Origin: Chrysomallon squamiferum | Lineage: Eukaryota > Animalia > Mollusca | Assembly (NCBI GenBank): GCA_012295275.1 | Contig: CM022671.1 | Span: forward strand, 5,456,001-5,520,000 | Direction: 5' to 3' | DNA length: 64,000 nt | Part shown: in pieces, positions 14,436 through 41,038 of the stretch | Layout: the number at the start of each line of letters is the position of its first letter | How positions within the stretch are numbered: position 1 is the first letter of the stretch | Translations under genes and position numbers: made by a program | Notes under the pieces: generated by a model | Told to the model about the DNA's origin: nothing | What the model saw: the letters and a program-made list of their open reading frames with translations, nothing else | The model's database searches: none

Positions 14436-15669
14436 CGGAATTAGAAAAAGAGAACTGAACAAAAAGTCGTAATCTTTATTTGTTGTATATTTTGTTTTGT
14501 TTTGTTTTGTTTGTTTTGTTGTTACTTTCCGTTTTAAAATCCATTGATAATCTCGTAAAAGGTGAATTTTTTTGCGTTGTTTGTTTCAGACGTCTTAGAA
14601 TGCTAAAACCAATTTGAGTTATGTGGAGGCAATTAAGGCTGCTTTATGCTTTGTTAACAGAATTAAAAACTCTGAAAGAAAAAAAGATTTGCAGCAGCTG
14701 TGAACTTTCTGATGTGATTATGGTGAAGATTTGTTTTTCAGCGGGTTGAAGTAACTCATATCACGTTAGAAAAAGAAAGTAAATTATTTATTGATTTATT
14801 GATTTTCTGAATTTTTTGTTTATGAACAAACAAAGATTTATAAAACTTTGCTCTTAATCATTCAGAAAAGCGACAAGGAACAAATAACAAAATTATGATG
14901 ACACAGATCATCATTAATTTAAACAAACGCAACAAAAATCATCATCTTGGTGACAACAGTAACACCAACAACAGCTCCATCGCATGAACAAACACGACGT
15001 TTTGTAATCACTATCACGTCAACGTCATCAATGCTGGGGAGACGTTATTACACGTGCGGCATCTAGAATTACTTTATTTCTGAACGTGTGTTACTTGTGC
15101 AGCTGTCACGGGAAATTCACTGTCTCAAAATCGTCTCTGTTTAAAATTTAAAAATCTGAAAAATATTCGAAATTTTTACATTTCATTAAGCGAAACCACA
15201 ACAACAACCCTTATATAGTCACACTCATTACATTACCAAGGAATCAATAAGTTCTTGCATGAATCTTTTAATTCATAAATTGTAATTTATCTCCAGGATT
15301 CATAGATCGAATGTTCTCGATCGTTGCTATGGCAGAATGCGTTGCAGAACCAAATGTTGGATCCCATCCGGTTTCGGATTTATCAAATAATTCACAAATC
15401 CTGTTTAGTTCCCTGATCGTCAATAAATAAATAATAAAATAAGAAATTCCGAACGCGGTATTCCGTGACTTGCAGATTTACAGCAGTGTTGGTCATAAAA
15501 CGCTACTGAAATAACAAAGTGTTGTCTTGAACGACAAAATCTGTTACACATTTGTTTTTGTGGGATTTTTTTACGAACAGTTGATAACAGGTTTTCTTTT
15601 CTTTGCTTTTTTCCCCAGTAATCTAAAATTTATATTTTTACACTAAGCATTTTCATTTACTTTAAAAGT

Positions 15670-15763
<94 letters not shown>

Positions 15764-16542
15764 TGCTTTCTGCCTCCCAAATTCTAAAAACAACATCAAA
15801 ATCAACAACAATAATAACAACAACAAAACAAGTCATTGTAAAATAATATTTAATAGTAATAAAAATTTCTATATTAAAATATATATTTATATCTATATAT
15901 AAAAAATAATTATCTTAATTTGATTTAATATGGTTTAACGCCACTAACAATACGAATCACAACAAACCAAATAATGCTAATATTCAGTGGTTATATATTA
16001 TAATGATATAAAAAAAATACGTGGAATACGTACGTGCGTATGTACACACATACACACACACAAAAAAGATTATCTGCTTCAAATCTTCTGCATAGTTATA
16101 ACTTTTATTTGCGTATTTTAATGCAAATTTAGTATCATTAAAACTAATTGCTTTTTTCTGTTATCGGTCACCAATCTTTGTTAATAATAAAGTTTGATAG
16201 TAATAAAAAATGTGAAGAGATTAATGGACGCCCCATTGTTCTTTCTTTCTTGTACGTACTCCTTCTAATATTTAGAGATGTATATTTAGACTATGTAAAA
16301 GATACACTGATATTAATAATAATATTTTTTATAAAAGTAAATTCTGTATAATATAATTAAATTCTGTATAATATAATTTTTGTTTATGACGTACACATTT
16401 ATATTTTTTGCTACCACTACAACTAATATCGTCATCATCATCATCATCATCAACACTGGCATCGACATGAACATTTTCATCATCAACATCATCGTCATCA
16501 TCTCATGACTCATGTCAGAAATTGCTGTTGCCACGCTGATGT

Positions 16543-19164
<2,622 letters not shown>

Positions 19165-20941
19165 CTTTCAAGTTTCTAAATCACAGAGTAAACTGGGTTT
19201 ACACAATCACTTCAGAAAGTAAGTGTTTTCCTCAGCCTACATTTCAGTGAAACACTTTCCTTGTGAAGTAGGCTGACCTTCTTATGACTTCTACTTAGTT
19301 CAGTACATATACACATACAATATATACAACATCAGCTACATATGAACCTATATTATTTCAAAGACATATAAAAGGTAACCTAAATCGGGAGATAATTAAT
19401 GCATACCATTCACACTTGTAACAGAGAAGGTAAAAATGACAGGACAAATTTTAAATATAAGTCTTACCTGTTTTTTATATACATACATACATCACACATA
19501 CATTCACACATACATACATACATCCATCCATCCATCCATCCATCCATCCATCCATCCATCCATCCATCCATACATACATACATACATACATACATACATA
19601 CATACATACATAAACAAACACAAACTTAGCTATTCATGCTTGGACACCTTTACAACGCCCATATGGACAAAGATTATGCATAATTATATAAAAATTAATG
19701 CATACACTTAAAAAAAAAAAAAAAAATTACAACTGACATCATCAACATGAAGATGTATGTGTTCAGGTATACACATAAATATAAAAAGTAAAAATAACCT
19801 TTATTACAGCGAAATTCGCGAAGAGACGCATACACTACTGTATATAAATAAAAATTCCATTCCAACGTTAATGTATACGTACAGTTATACAAGGTAAAAT
19901 ACATGCATAAACTTTAATAAGCAAAACAGAAAATAACTTACGTCTAGACACCTTTGTATATAAATGTTGCTCTGCAATTTAACGTAGATATGTACACGTA
20001 CAGAAAGCAGTGTAGATATATTTTCTAATGTACACTGACCTTTGTAAACCAAATAAAAAAGTAACCTGTATTAAATGTAACGATATTTGCATCTACTTGT
20101 ACTCTCGTCTATAAATACTCGTATTCAGAATCAACTTGTATTCATACCTTTATAATCAAATATAGAAGATCATCTGTATTACAGGAAATATCACTGCATC
20201 GAACTATGCATATAATCTTTTGTGTTTATTTAATTCAGCTACATATGAACCTATATTATTACAAATCCGTACAAAAGGTAACCTAAATTGCGAGATAATT
20301 TATGCATACGCATTCACACTTGTAACAGAGAAGATAAAAAAAAAATGACATGACAAATACTTCGTAAAAATCTTACCTGGTGTTTTTTTTTTTTTTCTCT
20401 CGAGAACGTCAAACCACAACACACACGCAGTCAGCCTGTATCTGAAAATCAAACACGCGAAAGATTTAGCTATTTCTTTTTTTACGACAAAGTAAACAGT
20501 GCATGAAAAATCTAGGACAGTGAGTTCAGCTGGGAGAGCTGGGTATTGTTATTTTTAAAATCCCAGCCTTTACCCGGGATGGAGAGGTTTAAATATGTCC
20601 TTGACTTGTAGGAGCTTGGTTCGGATCCCAGTGTCGACTTTTATGTTAAACTAATTCAAAATCATACATATAGACACAAATATGTGAATATATTCATGCA
20701 TCAGTAAATACATGAATATAAGGTACACATATATGCGTACACAGGTACATATATATGCGTACATACACTGAAACATACATACATGCAGATGTACATATAT
20801 ATACACACACACACACAGTCACACACGTACACAAATTCGTTCATATAAATACATACATACATGCGCACATACATATACATACATCAGTAAACGTTACTTA
20901 CATGCACAAATACACACATAAACACATAAACACATACATAC

Positions 20942-20972
<31 letters not shown>

Positions 20973-21854
20973 CATACAAATATACATATATATAAGTACA
21001 TACATCCAGACATACTTAAACACAATTTCCTTTTACAGAAAACAATGGAATAAATAAGATTAAATCAACAATAGACAAACAATAAGAGTAGAATATATAT
21101 ATATATATTTTTTTTATACTAATAGGATTACATCGATAAAACAAAACATTTATTTCATTTTAAAACATTATACTTTTTATGATACACAATCCATGGTACA
21201 GATGGAAGCAAGACTTTCCAAAATGGCCGACAAGTGTCCTTGAGTTATTGATAAATCTTACATCTAGATTTTAATGTATTGGAAATCATAAAGTGTCAAA
21301 ACATAAGTAGTTGGTGCTACACTTATTCAGATTTTTTGTTCAAAAATTTTGATGTTCAGTTTCAATATGGCGCCCTAAAAAAACAATCGCAGACGAGAAC
21401 GATTTGTTCGGCAGACGACATTTTCTGGTTTTAGCTCAGCCGTTTGGTTCTATGTGCGTTAGAGATAAACGTCATCTAATTTGCATACTGAATAACGATT
21501 TTAATTTTTAATTATAAAATTATTATTAAAAATGAAAAATGTAGTTATGAAGATTCAAAAAGACAGCGATTCCCCATAAAAAAATAAATTCTGAATAATC
21601 GTTGCACCATGTACAACAATGAACAGTAAATGTAAAGTATAAAAACTGTTCTAAAAATCTAACGAAATAAAGATTAAAAAAAAAGAATTAAAGTTACAAT
21701 CCGTACCTGTAAAATATGTTCTTATATAAAACTATGTATAGATCTTCTACAAAGAGCAGATTAATCAGGCAGCCATTTTCAGTGAAATAAAAAAAAATAT
21801 ATATATGCTAAAAGTGATAAATGTGTAAATAAATATAAATGAAGTTATAGTCAA

Positions 21855-21892
<38 letters not shown>

Positions 21893-21960
21893 CAGAATTA
21901 AACTTTCAAAAAAATTTGAAATAACATTATTGCGCTGGAATGATGTTGTCATAAAGACGT

Positions 21961-23534
<1,574 letters not shown>

Positions 23535-24594
23535 GTTTTTTTGGTTTCTAATTTTATCACACGATCCCCCTAGATTTGCGACTGCAAGCTCTTCTGATTA
23601 AAAGTACCGCACTGCAACGTTTTAGAAATTGCCCGGAATGTTCAAACGCATCGCGGGAGAAGCTATTGATAACTTTTTCCTTTGTTTATGGGACTAGCGG
23701 CGGTTCAAGATATTTGAAAGGGAGAGGTCAGATGTAATGGAAGTTTATGATGTGAAAAATGTCAACAGCAGTGACGTGAAGACAAATGACTTTTTCAGTC
23801 GGTTGATGAATGTATATGTGTGTGTCTGTGTTATATATATATATATACACACACGCACACACACACATACCTGTGTGAATGTGCGCGCGCAAGTATTGTA
23901 TATGCACGTACATATGTATGTATGTGTGCAATGTATGCGTGCCTGTGCATGAACGTGTATGTGGAGAAATAGAAGTGAGAAAACATAAAAATAAAAAAAT
24001 TACAGAAAAGAAAAATGAAATATTTGACTAATATATATATATATATATATATATCTTAATCAGTTGAAAGATCCCTCCTGAATCTGCGCCCACAGAAAAT
24101 GTAAAATTTGTTTAATAAAGAAAAAGGGATCTTTTCACTACATACACGGTGCTTGAATAAACTGAAATTTAAAAAGATTCAGTGAAGTTGCTATAACCAG
24201 TCAACCGTGACATATATGAACCAAGGCTGTTGTGCAGTGTTAACGTTTTTTTTTTTTTTTTTTTTTTTTTTTTATCTGAGTCAGCGTTCAAATAAAATAT
24301 TGACTAAACATTTTTTTTTTTTTTTTTTTTGTATTCCTTATCACGAAGGTTTTCTGCTGTTTGTTATTCAGAATTAATGAACAAAACTGTGAATATCTGT
24401 TTAATTAATGATGCTTGAAATATTTATCTTTATTATTATCCATAACACACACACACACACACACACACACAGATGTATATAATAGTATCGTTTTATACAG
24501 CAAGGTATATTTTAAATGCACCTTTTCTTTGACAAGGATACACCTAATGTGGTTTGTGGTGTACCAGAGACATTAGGGTAAAGAGGAAATATCC

Positions 24595-24658
<64 letters not shown>

Positions 24659-25081
24659 TTTTGTTGTTGTTGTTGTTGTTGTTTTAATAAATGCATAATA
24701 GGATATCTAATGTTTATCAAAATAAACAAAATGAACCAGATAAATAAATAAGAATGTAATTTATATAAAAAAAGAGTTATTAAATATAATAATAATAATA
24801 ATAATAACAATAATAATAATAATAATAACAACAATAATAGAAACAACAACTGCAATAATAATAATATTAATAGTAATATAGAGGAAGTTTCTTTTTTAAC
24901 TTTATATTGTGTTCTTTTTGCTTTGTATATTTACGTATTTATTAAGTAAGTAACTACAAGGTATTGGTCAAGGACAAGCGTTTGTTTATTCTTGTTACCG
25001 AGAAAGACAGGAAGAAGGACAGAGATACAAGGTCAGAAGAAGAGAGAGAGAAAGTGAGAGAATGAGTGAGTAACAATGTAT

Positions 25082-25158
<77 letters not shown>

Positions 25159-26157
25159 TCTAGCACAGATAACTATGGTAACAGACTAAGTATATGCTTG
25201 AACGAAATTATACTGTAATAAAACACCGACAGAGAAAGATACCTGGTTTCGTCTACAGGTAACTGAGATGTAAACACGAGTAACATTTTAAAACGTTCTT
25301 TTCAAATTTTTAACACTTCACTAATGTTGAAAGATTTTTTTCATAGATGGAGCTGACTGAAAAGAGTAGTTTAACGTATCACAGAGTTACGAGAAGTTCT
25401 ATTGTTAGTTGGGTCGCTTTACGTTTGACTGCTGGTAAGGTTGTCACAAAATGAAATACGAGTCAAAGGTTGTTCTTTTAAAAAAAATTTTACTATAATA
25501 CATGAACTGAAAAGTCTCGCCTCCAGCATGAAAATTAGCTATTTTTGGCTGAATGATGTTTTCTCTTATACAATGGCGCCCATTTCAACAACGAAGGTTT
25601 TCGCCTTTTACTGAAATTTATAGTTTTCGAATAACTTTGAATTGGAGAGATCGTGGTGGGAATTTTACACTGATGTTTTACTATTTTAATACCAGGGATG
25701 TCAGAAAAACACGTTATTCATAAATCGTTGATGGTGTGAAATGTATTGCTGAATCAGTATTATAATTGGATCATGTATATGTATGCAGTTATATTGAAAA
25801 AAAAATTGATTTAAAAAGATAATGATATCAATTAAAAAAAATAATATATATATAATAAAAAAAATAATAATAATAAATAAATTAATTAATAAATTAATAA
25901 ATTTATTAATTAATCTGTTAAATGACGTGTGAAATTTTTTTTTTATTATTATTTTTAATATAACAAACAAAAAATGAAAATAAAAATAAAACGAAAACAT
26001 CTATTTCAGATTTTTTTTAATCATCTCAATTTGACTAAAGTAATAACAAGCAAGACAAATCATTATTTTTATATTTTTATAATTTGATTTCTTATTATTA
26101 AATAAATACATAATCTGAATACAATTTCAAAATAAAATAAAAAATAACTGAAAAAGT

Positions 26158-27090
26158 TTTTCTTAGAAAGCTCTAGATATAATCTTAACTCGACCATTTT
26201 TCTTATAAAGCTCTGAAACTAATTTTAACTCGACTGTTTTTCTTATAAAGCTCTGAATATAATCTTAACTCGACCGTTTTTCTTATAAAGCTCTGGATAT
26301 AATCTAACTCGACCGTTTTTCTTATAAAGCTCTAGATATAATCTTAACTCGGTCGTTTTTCTTATAAAGCTCTAGATATAATCTTAACTCGACCGTTTTT
26401 CTTATAAAGCTCTAGGTATAATCTTAACTCGACCGTTTTTCTTATAAAGCTCTAGATATAATCTTAACTCGACCGTTTTTCTTATAAAGCTCTGAATATA
26501 ATTTTAGCTCGACCGTTTTTCTTATAAAGCTCTGAATATAATTTTAACTCGACCGTTTTTCTTATAAAGCTCTAGGTACGCTTTTAACTCGACCGTTTTT
26601 CTTATAAAGCTCTGAATATAATCTTAACTCGACCGTTTTTCTTATAAAGCTCTGGATATAATCTAACTCGACCGTTTTTCTTATAAAGCTCTAGATATAA
26701 TCTTAACTCGATTGTTTTTCTTATAAAGCTCTGGGTACAGTCTTAACTCGACCGTTTTTCTTATAAAGCTCTGAATGTGATTTTAACTCGACCGCTTTTC
26801 TTATAAAGCTCTAGATATAATCTTAACTCGACCGCTTTTCTTATAAAGGTCTAGGTATAATCTTAACTCGATCGTTTTTCTTATAAAGCTCTGGGTACAG
26901 TCTTAACTCGACCGTTTTTTCTTATAATGTTCTGAATATAATCTTAACGGGACCATTTTTCTTATAAAGCTCTGAAACTAATTTTAACTCGACTGTTTTT
27001 CTTATAAAGCTCTGAATATAATCTTAACGCGACCGTTTTTCTTATAAAACTCTGAATATAATCTTAACTCGAGCGTTTTTCTTATCAAGC
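26158..27090. repeat. Minisatellite, 40 bp unit TCTTATAAAGCTCT(A/G)(G/A)ATATAATCTTAACTCGACCGTTTT, about 23 copies
   Basis: Directly visible contiguous tandem array with no spacers. Confidence 0.95.
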
Positions 27091-28030
27091 TTAATTCGAA
27101 TGATGTTGATAAGGATCCTTGGTTCTTAATAAAGCCATGGGACTTTTGTTTCTTTATTTGAACGTTTTTCTTATGAAGCAGTGTAAAAATATGTTTGCGT
27201 TTATCCCTGAGCAGTTCGTTGTGAACACACAGTAACCATGACAACCCTCCTGACCCGCCCCTAGTCAGGCTACAAAGCACAGAATAAGATCAATAATCAT
27301 ACACTGTATAAGCCTTCAAAAAATTATGTGACTAGGTTTTACGGTGACAAGATGCAGTGAAAATAATATGTCGAAATATGACATCAAAAAAGGTCATGAG
27401 AGAATGCTAATTCGTGGCAAAAATGTATTTGTCTGCTAAATAAAAGAATTTCTCCACTACTTTAATTGTGAATATTATGATAATATTAATTATATTACAA
27501 AAAGGTGTAATTCCTAATCAAGGTACGAATGAGAAAAGACTATGTTCTGACGTCATGGTTACTGGAAATGCAACAAACTTGGTAAATAATATTAACCAGT
27601 TTTATTACTGAGGTATTAAAAGAAATACTGATTTAAAAATAAAAATAATAAATAAAATAAAATGTAAAGAGAATTTTTTTTTTATGAAAGAAAATTAAAA
27701 TACCCAATGATAAATTCTGATTCGAGACAAACCTCCTTACATTATCAGCTAAGTAAAATCGTTGGAACACTAACATAAAACAAATCAGAACAGCAATATA
27801 TAAAGATTAAAACAATTCACATTTATCTGAGCAATCATGTACTGAACAAAATATACAATTTTACTCGTGTAAATTTATATATTACATGTGTCTGTGAGTA
27901 TGTATGTACGCATGTATCTGTCTATTTGTTGGTCTTTCTCCCTATACATATGTATACTCATGTTATTAATATGTGTACATGTATGCACTCATGTATGAAT
28001 ATGTGCGTATGCATGTAATATAAACGTTTA

Positions 28031-28283
28031 CAGGCTGACCTCGGCTTATGAACAGCTGTGTTCTTTTACGTGGGTGTACATTATAATATATGTACTCACA
28101 TGATAAACATCTGTACACGTACTATTGGTTTTTTAACTGATGTTTTAATGATTGTCTACACTGCACGGTAATAAATAGAAGCAAACAACCTTATAGTGTT
28201 AATAGTTTTAATGGTAGTTTAAATAGCTTGTTCGTGTGTACGTGTGTTCGTGGACAGACTGTTCGAAACCGGAGAGCTGTCTG
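28031..28283. mobile_element. Possible decayed Tigger-like MITE
   Basis: TA|CAGGCTGACCTCGGCTTATGAACAG at the left; CTGTTCGAAACCGGAGAGCTGTCTG at the right is only a loose inverted match. Confidence 0.3.
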
Positions 28284-28773
28284 TCTGTGTGTAATTCATT
28301 CACAACCTTTACATAGCAAGAATTAATCACGAAAGAAAGCAAAAATTACAAATCACCTAAAAAACCAAACAAAAAAAACCAAAAAATAATAATAATAAAT
28401 AAATAAATCAAACATTTAAAAATTAAAAATTAAATAAATAAATACTAAAATAATAATAATAATAATAATAGTAACATATTTGAAACTGTGCATCCCGTAT
28501 TAGTATTTCAGACTGGGAAACTAATCTAAACCTGTTTATTAATTTTTGTTTACAAGAACAGCAGTTTATCAAACCGTTTAGTGATCTTACCATTATTATC
28601 ATTATTATTATTATTATTATTATTACGCTATTTTGTAGTCATAAAAATCCTTAATCAGTGTTTCGTCATGGAATTTAAACAAGGAAAAAAAAGTAAAAGA
28701 AAACAGAGAAAGATATATATATATATATATATATAATTTTTGATTTTCTTTCTTTCTTTTTTTTTTTTTTTTT

Positions 28774-35840
<7,067 letters not shown>

Positions 35841-36190
35841 TTTTCTGCTTTAAGCCCCTAGAATAACGTGCACTAATCTATACGCTGGTTAAGAATGATT
35901 GCCTCACTTTCCGAGGGGTCAGAGTGGAAAGGTCACGGGAGTAGTTATTATCGCGAAGTTTACACAATAATGTTGATTTGTAGTTTTGTACGTTATAACA
36001 CTCAAAGTGCCAGTACAACAGCATGTAACTTCCTTTGTTTAAAAATGATTTTTCTTTGATCTCATATGTAGTGTTTATTCTTGATTATACAATTTTCTTT
36101 TTTTTTCTTCTTTTTTTTAAATGTTGTATGAGGGACTTCAATCGAATATTTCAAGTGGATATTAAGTTGGCCATAGTGTGAAATAATCAT

Positions 36191-36241
<51 letters not shown>

Positions 36242-36473
36242 TTCTTCCCCTTCAAATTAGGAAATTGCATTATATTTTTCGTTTAGAGGGACGTGGATGG
36301 AGAAAGGAGGTTTATTGAAAAGTAAAAAGTAATAATTTGTGACGGAGAGAAAGTGTTGTAACATTATGAATCAGTTTATTCTTTCCATAACTGTGTTCAA
36401 AACAAAATAGAAGCCGCTTTGTTTTTTGTTTTTATTTTCATTTCGTTAAATTATTTTTATTATTTTTTTTGTG

Positions 36474-36527
<54 letters not shown>

Positions 36528-36942
36528 GTTGTTGTTGTTGTTGTATTTTGCTGAAGCTCCCTCTACGTCATAAACGAAATTACCAATCGGTAGTTCTCGC
36601 AAAATCATAGTTATATAATATCTGAATATGTAAGAATATATTCTTTTTATGAAGTTTATTTGAATGATAAATGATCGCTACAAACACATGCCTGATGATA
36701 AAATCTATTTAGATGTAGGCATGATATTTAAAAACGGTATTTTATATTAACGTCATGAACAGGCTTCGGAAAATTAAAAATAATTTTTATTTTTTATTTT
36801 TAATTTTAGTATTTTACCAATTTTTTATATTTTTTTATTTATTATAATTTAATATTAATGTTTTTGTTTTCTTTATTTAGTGGATTCAGTCTAGATCACC
36901 ACTTAAAAGAAAAAGAAAATTTTTAAAAAAGGGGGAGGAAAA

Positions 36943-36969
36943 GTCACGTGATCACTCATTCACATGACT
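36943..36969 (+). promoter_or_regulatory. CLEAR-like E-box (GTCACGTGAT) plus M-box (TCACATGACT, i.e. AGTCATGTGA on the minus strand) immediately upstream of the fucosidase ATG
   Basis: Motifs at 36943-36952 and 36960-36969, 6-32 nt before ATG 36975. They match the MiT/TFE (TFEB/MITF) sites established for lysosomal genes. Confidence 0.6.
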
Positions 36970-36974
36970 CCGAG

Positions 36975-37401
36975 ATGTCGTCTGTCTACCGTTTCGCGGT
37001 ACTGTTTTCTTTCGTTTGTTTTGTGTTTTCGAAATACCAGCCAACATGGCCGTCTCTCGACTCGCGACCTCTGCCTGCTTGGTACGATGAAGCGAAACTT
37101 GGAATATTTATTCACTGGGGAGTGTTTTCTGTGCCTAGTTTTCGCTCGGAATGGTTTTGGTGGTACTGGCAGGGGAAGCCGGAAAAGGAGGTGGTTCAGT
37201 ATATGAATGCTAACTACAGACCCGGGTGGACGTATGCTGATTTTGCGGCTCAGTTCACGGCTGAGCTATATAATCCCAATGAGTGGGCGGAGCTTTTCAA
37301 AGCATCGGGTGCAAAGTAAGTGCATTTAAATTTAACTTGCCTGCTTGGCTGAGCGAGTGTACAGTTTCAGAGATCGAAATGTTGTAGAGTGGGAAATATT
37401 T

Positions 37402-37480
<79 letters not shown>

Positions 37481-37775
37481 TATCCACGATGTTATAAATC
37501 AAAATTAATTATTTATTAATTATTTTAACCCACTTATAAAGTTGTATCATTACATTACATCACATAACATATATTTAAATCTGTCTCTTTGAAAGTCTTT
37601 TCGTTCAGTCCATCTCTTTCATTTATTTATTTATTTACGTACAGGTATGTTGTACTAACTAGCAAACACCATGAAGGGTTTTGTAACTGGCCAACGAAAG
37701 TTTCTTTCAACTGGAATGCAATGGCAGTAGGGCCAAAACGAGATCTTGTTGGTACGTTCAATAATTATATATATA

Positions 37776-37822
<47 letters not shown>

Positions 37823-38172
37823 ATGTGTGTGGTACAGCCAATTTATCGCTAGCAGAAGGTATGTTGTACAAATAATACAGGTGATTGATGGAACACACGT
37901 GCAATTTCTAAGTACATCGATTGTCGATGTAGCATTCCACAGACGAATCTGGTTTATTAAAGGCCATGTTAAGTACTGTCATGCTTGCAGACATCTCTTT
38001 TTATGCATTTTTCTCATTTATTTTTATTTTACTTTTTTTAAATTGTATTTTTTATTGTTGTTGTTCTTCTTATTATTATTGCAGCTTCATTATTTTTATT
38101 TTACTTTTCTTAATTGTATTTGTTGTGTTGTTGTTGTTGTTGCTGTTGTTGTTGTTGTTGTTCTTCTTCTTC

Positions 38173-38240
<68 letters not shown>

Positions 38241-39090
38241 GCTGCTACTACTACTACTTATTCAGGCGATCTTGCTGCAGCAATTCGAAATAAAACAGAT
38301 CTCCACTTTGGTCTCTATCATTCTTTGTTTGAATGGTTCAATCCGCTGTTCCTAAGAGACAGGAAAAATAACTTTAAAACAGATGACTTTGTAAAGGTAA
38401 GTAATCAAATAATATAGCAATTTGAAAAAATTTCAGACTGGATGAAAGCTATATTCAGACTGGATGAATATGCGAACGTTGTTAATCCAGTTAACTTGTA
38501 AACTTTTATTTATTTATGATACATTCGAAATTGTATATTTTACTGTATAATTGTATAATTTTCACAAACAAATATAAAAAATGGTTAAGTTTCAGATTAT
38601 GAAATAAATAAATAAATAAATAAATAATAATAATAAAATATCCTGATATAAAATTAAAAGAACAAATAAATATGAACAAATTTGTTTATTCATATATTTC
38701 TTATTATTTATCTATTTACTATTATTATTATTGTTGTCGTTGTTGTTGTTGTTGTTATTGTTGTTGTTGTTAATTTACATTATCAACTATATTTCCCAGT
38801 ATAAAACGATGCCAGAACTGCATGAACTTGTAAAACGATACAAACCGGAAGTGATTTGGTCAGACGGATCTGGATCAGCCGTCGATACGTACTGGACGTC
38901 ACGTGACTTTCTTGCCTGGTTGTACAACGAAAGGTGTGTTATTAACTGAAATAACCACTAAATTACTATTATTTTCGTATATTTATTTTCTGTGGCCTTT
39001 ACTGATTGTATATAAATATTTATTCATTACAGTAAGATCAATAATTGATTATATTACAGAATATTTAAATTGCTATTGTTGTTGTTGTTG

Positions 39091-39155
<65 letters not shown>

Positions 39156-41038
39156 TTCAGTCCAGTAAAAGACACGGTTGTAGTTAATGACAGGTGGGGA
39201 AAAGGTGACATATGTAAGCATGGAGGGTTCCTAACGTGTCATGACAGATATAATCCAGGTAAGTGGCAGGTGCAATGTAATGACATAATCCAAGAATAAT
39301 TTTCAGAATTTAGAAATGTGTTTGAGATCAATAGTTTACTGGACAAATTCCTTTTTGATGTTTGTATTTGTTGGTTTCGTTTTTCTCCCTCCCCAATCGA
39401 TCTGTTATTTTTAATTTATATACTGCTTCTATAAGCTCCCAGAGCGGAACATATATTACATTATAGTTTAATCATTCGTTTTTGTTTGTTGTTGATTTTG
39501 TTTTTTATATATATATTATAAAATATGATAATAGTTATAACGAAGGTTGTGATTTTACTATTTTACAGGGAAACTTCAGAAGCGGAAGTGGGAAAACGCC
39601 ATGACTTTAGACAAAGGTTCATGGGGATATCGAAGGGAGGCTACTCTAAATGACATACTGACCATGACAGAACTTATAAAAACATTCGTCACCACAGTGA
39701 GGTATTTCATAAAATACATTAGCTAATCATGACTGATGATAACATGAATACACGTACACACACACACACAAAACAAATACGCGTGCGCATAGCCAGACAG
39801 AGTGAAGCTGAATGAAACGGAGAAGAAATAAAAACATTTGAGGAAAAACAGGCGTTGTTTATAACCAATATATTATTGTTCATTCCAATTTATTTATTTA
39901 TTTATTGTTTGTTTGTTTCTTTCTTTGTTTGTAAATTTGTTTTCTTTTATTTATTTGTTTCTCTAAGTTGTGGCGGTAACTTGCTTGTCAACGTTGGACC
40001 AACAAAATCTGGTCGCATCATCCCAGTGTTTGAAGAACGACTACGACAGCTGGGTGAGTGGTTGAACGTGAACGGAGAGGCGATATATTCCTCTAAACCC
40101 TGGACTTACCAGAACGACACACAGACTGGAACTGTGTGGTAAGTTACTGTACTTCACAGAATAAATATAGTTTAATGTTTTCTGTTAAACCCTGCATTCA
40201 TGGTTAACTTTCTCTTCACAAACAGTCATCTAAGTAAATATTATATTTTATTACAGTTATGACTGTTAGATCTTCCCACACTAAAACGTTATGTTTTGCA
40301 AAGGCTAACACATATAGTATTATGTTTTGTTTGTGGAATCAAATATTTGACAGTTTGGTTGGTTTACATAAACAACAAATATTCGGTAGTGTCCAGTTGT
40401 CATTTTGAATCGTCTCCCTTCATAACCAAACATCATCGAATTGATGCATAAAAAGAAGTCAAAGTTCCATTTGTTATAGATATCTTGGTCAGATTTCAGA
40501 GAAAAGGTGATTATTCTTGTATGTCCAGTCACAGACCTGTCCAGTTTTACTGTTCTAGTGACAATTCCCTTATAATCTTAATCGAACGTGAATAGAAATT
40601 TCAGTATTTCAAAAAATATATTTTACCAAGAAGATATAATAAAATATAAAATGTCTTCATGAGACCACTTAAAAACACAACTAAATATTGTTTGAATGCT
40701 GTAGTATAATTTTCATGTAAATATGTATTTATTATTATTATTATTATTATATTATATTTTATTATTCATTTATGTATTACAGGTATACATCAAAGAAAGG
40801 TAACTCCGGTTCTACCACAATATATGCAATATCTCTAACATGGCCAAAAATGAGTCTAGTTCTAACAAAACCGCAAGTTTCAGCTCAAACCAGAGTTTCA
40901 CTTCTCGGTTACCAAGGCAACATAAGCTGGAAGAAACATCCATCAGGCGGTATCGAGCTCGTTGTTCCTTTCATCTACCCAGAAGACATGCCGTGTCAGT
41001 GGGCGTGGTCATTCAAAATAACTGACGTCATCAACTAA
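36975..41038 (+). CDS. FUCA: Alpha-L-fucosidase (glycoside hydrolase family 29), 456 aa, 8 exons
   Basis: Exons 36975-37315, 37645-37751, 38266-38396, 38800-38933, 39161-39258, 39569-39701, 39968-40138, 40783-41038; phases are consistent, 1371 nt in total. Signal-peptide-like N-terminus, then [43 protein letters not shown], nucleophile motif IWSDG, VNDRWG, KWEN and [10 protein letters not shown]. Confidence 0.97.

Noticed and set aside
23615-23645. Heat-shock-element-like GAAnnTTC upstream of USP-D
   Set aside because: Only two good pentamers, which is expected by chance.
26158-27090. CRISPR-like appearance of the 40-bp array
   Set aside because: Units are contiguous with no unique spacers, there are no cas genes, and the context is eukaryotic.
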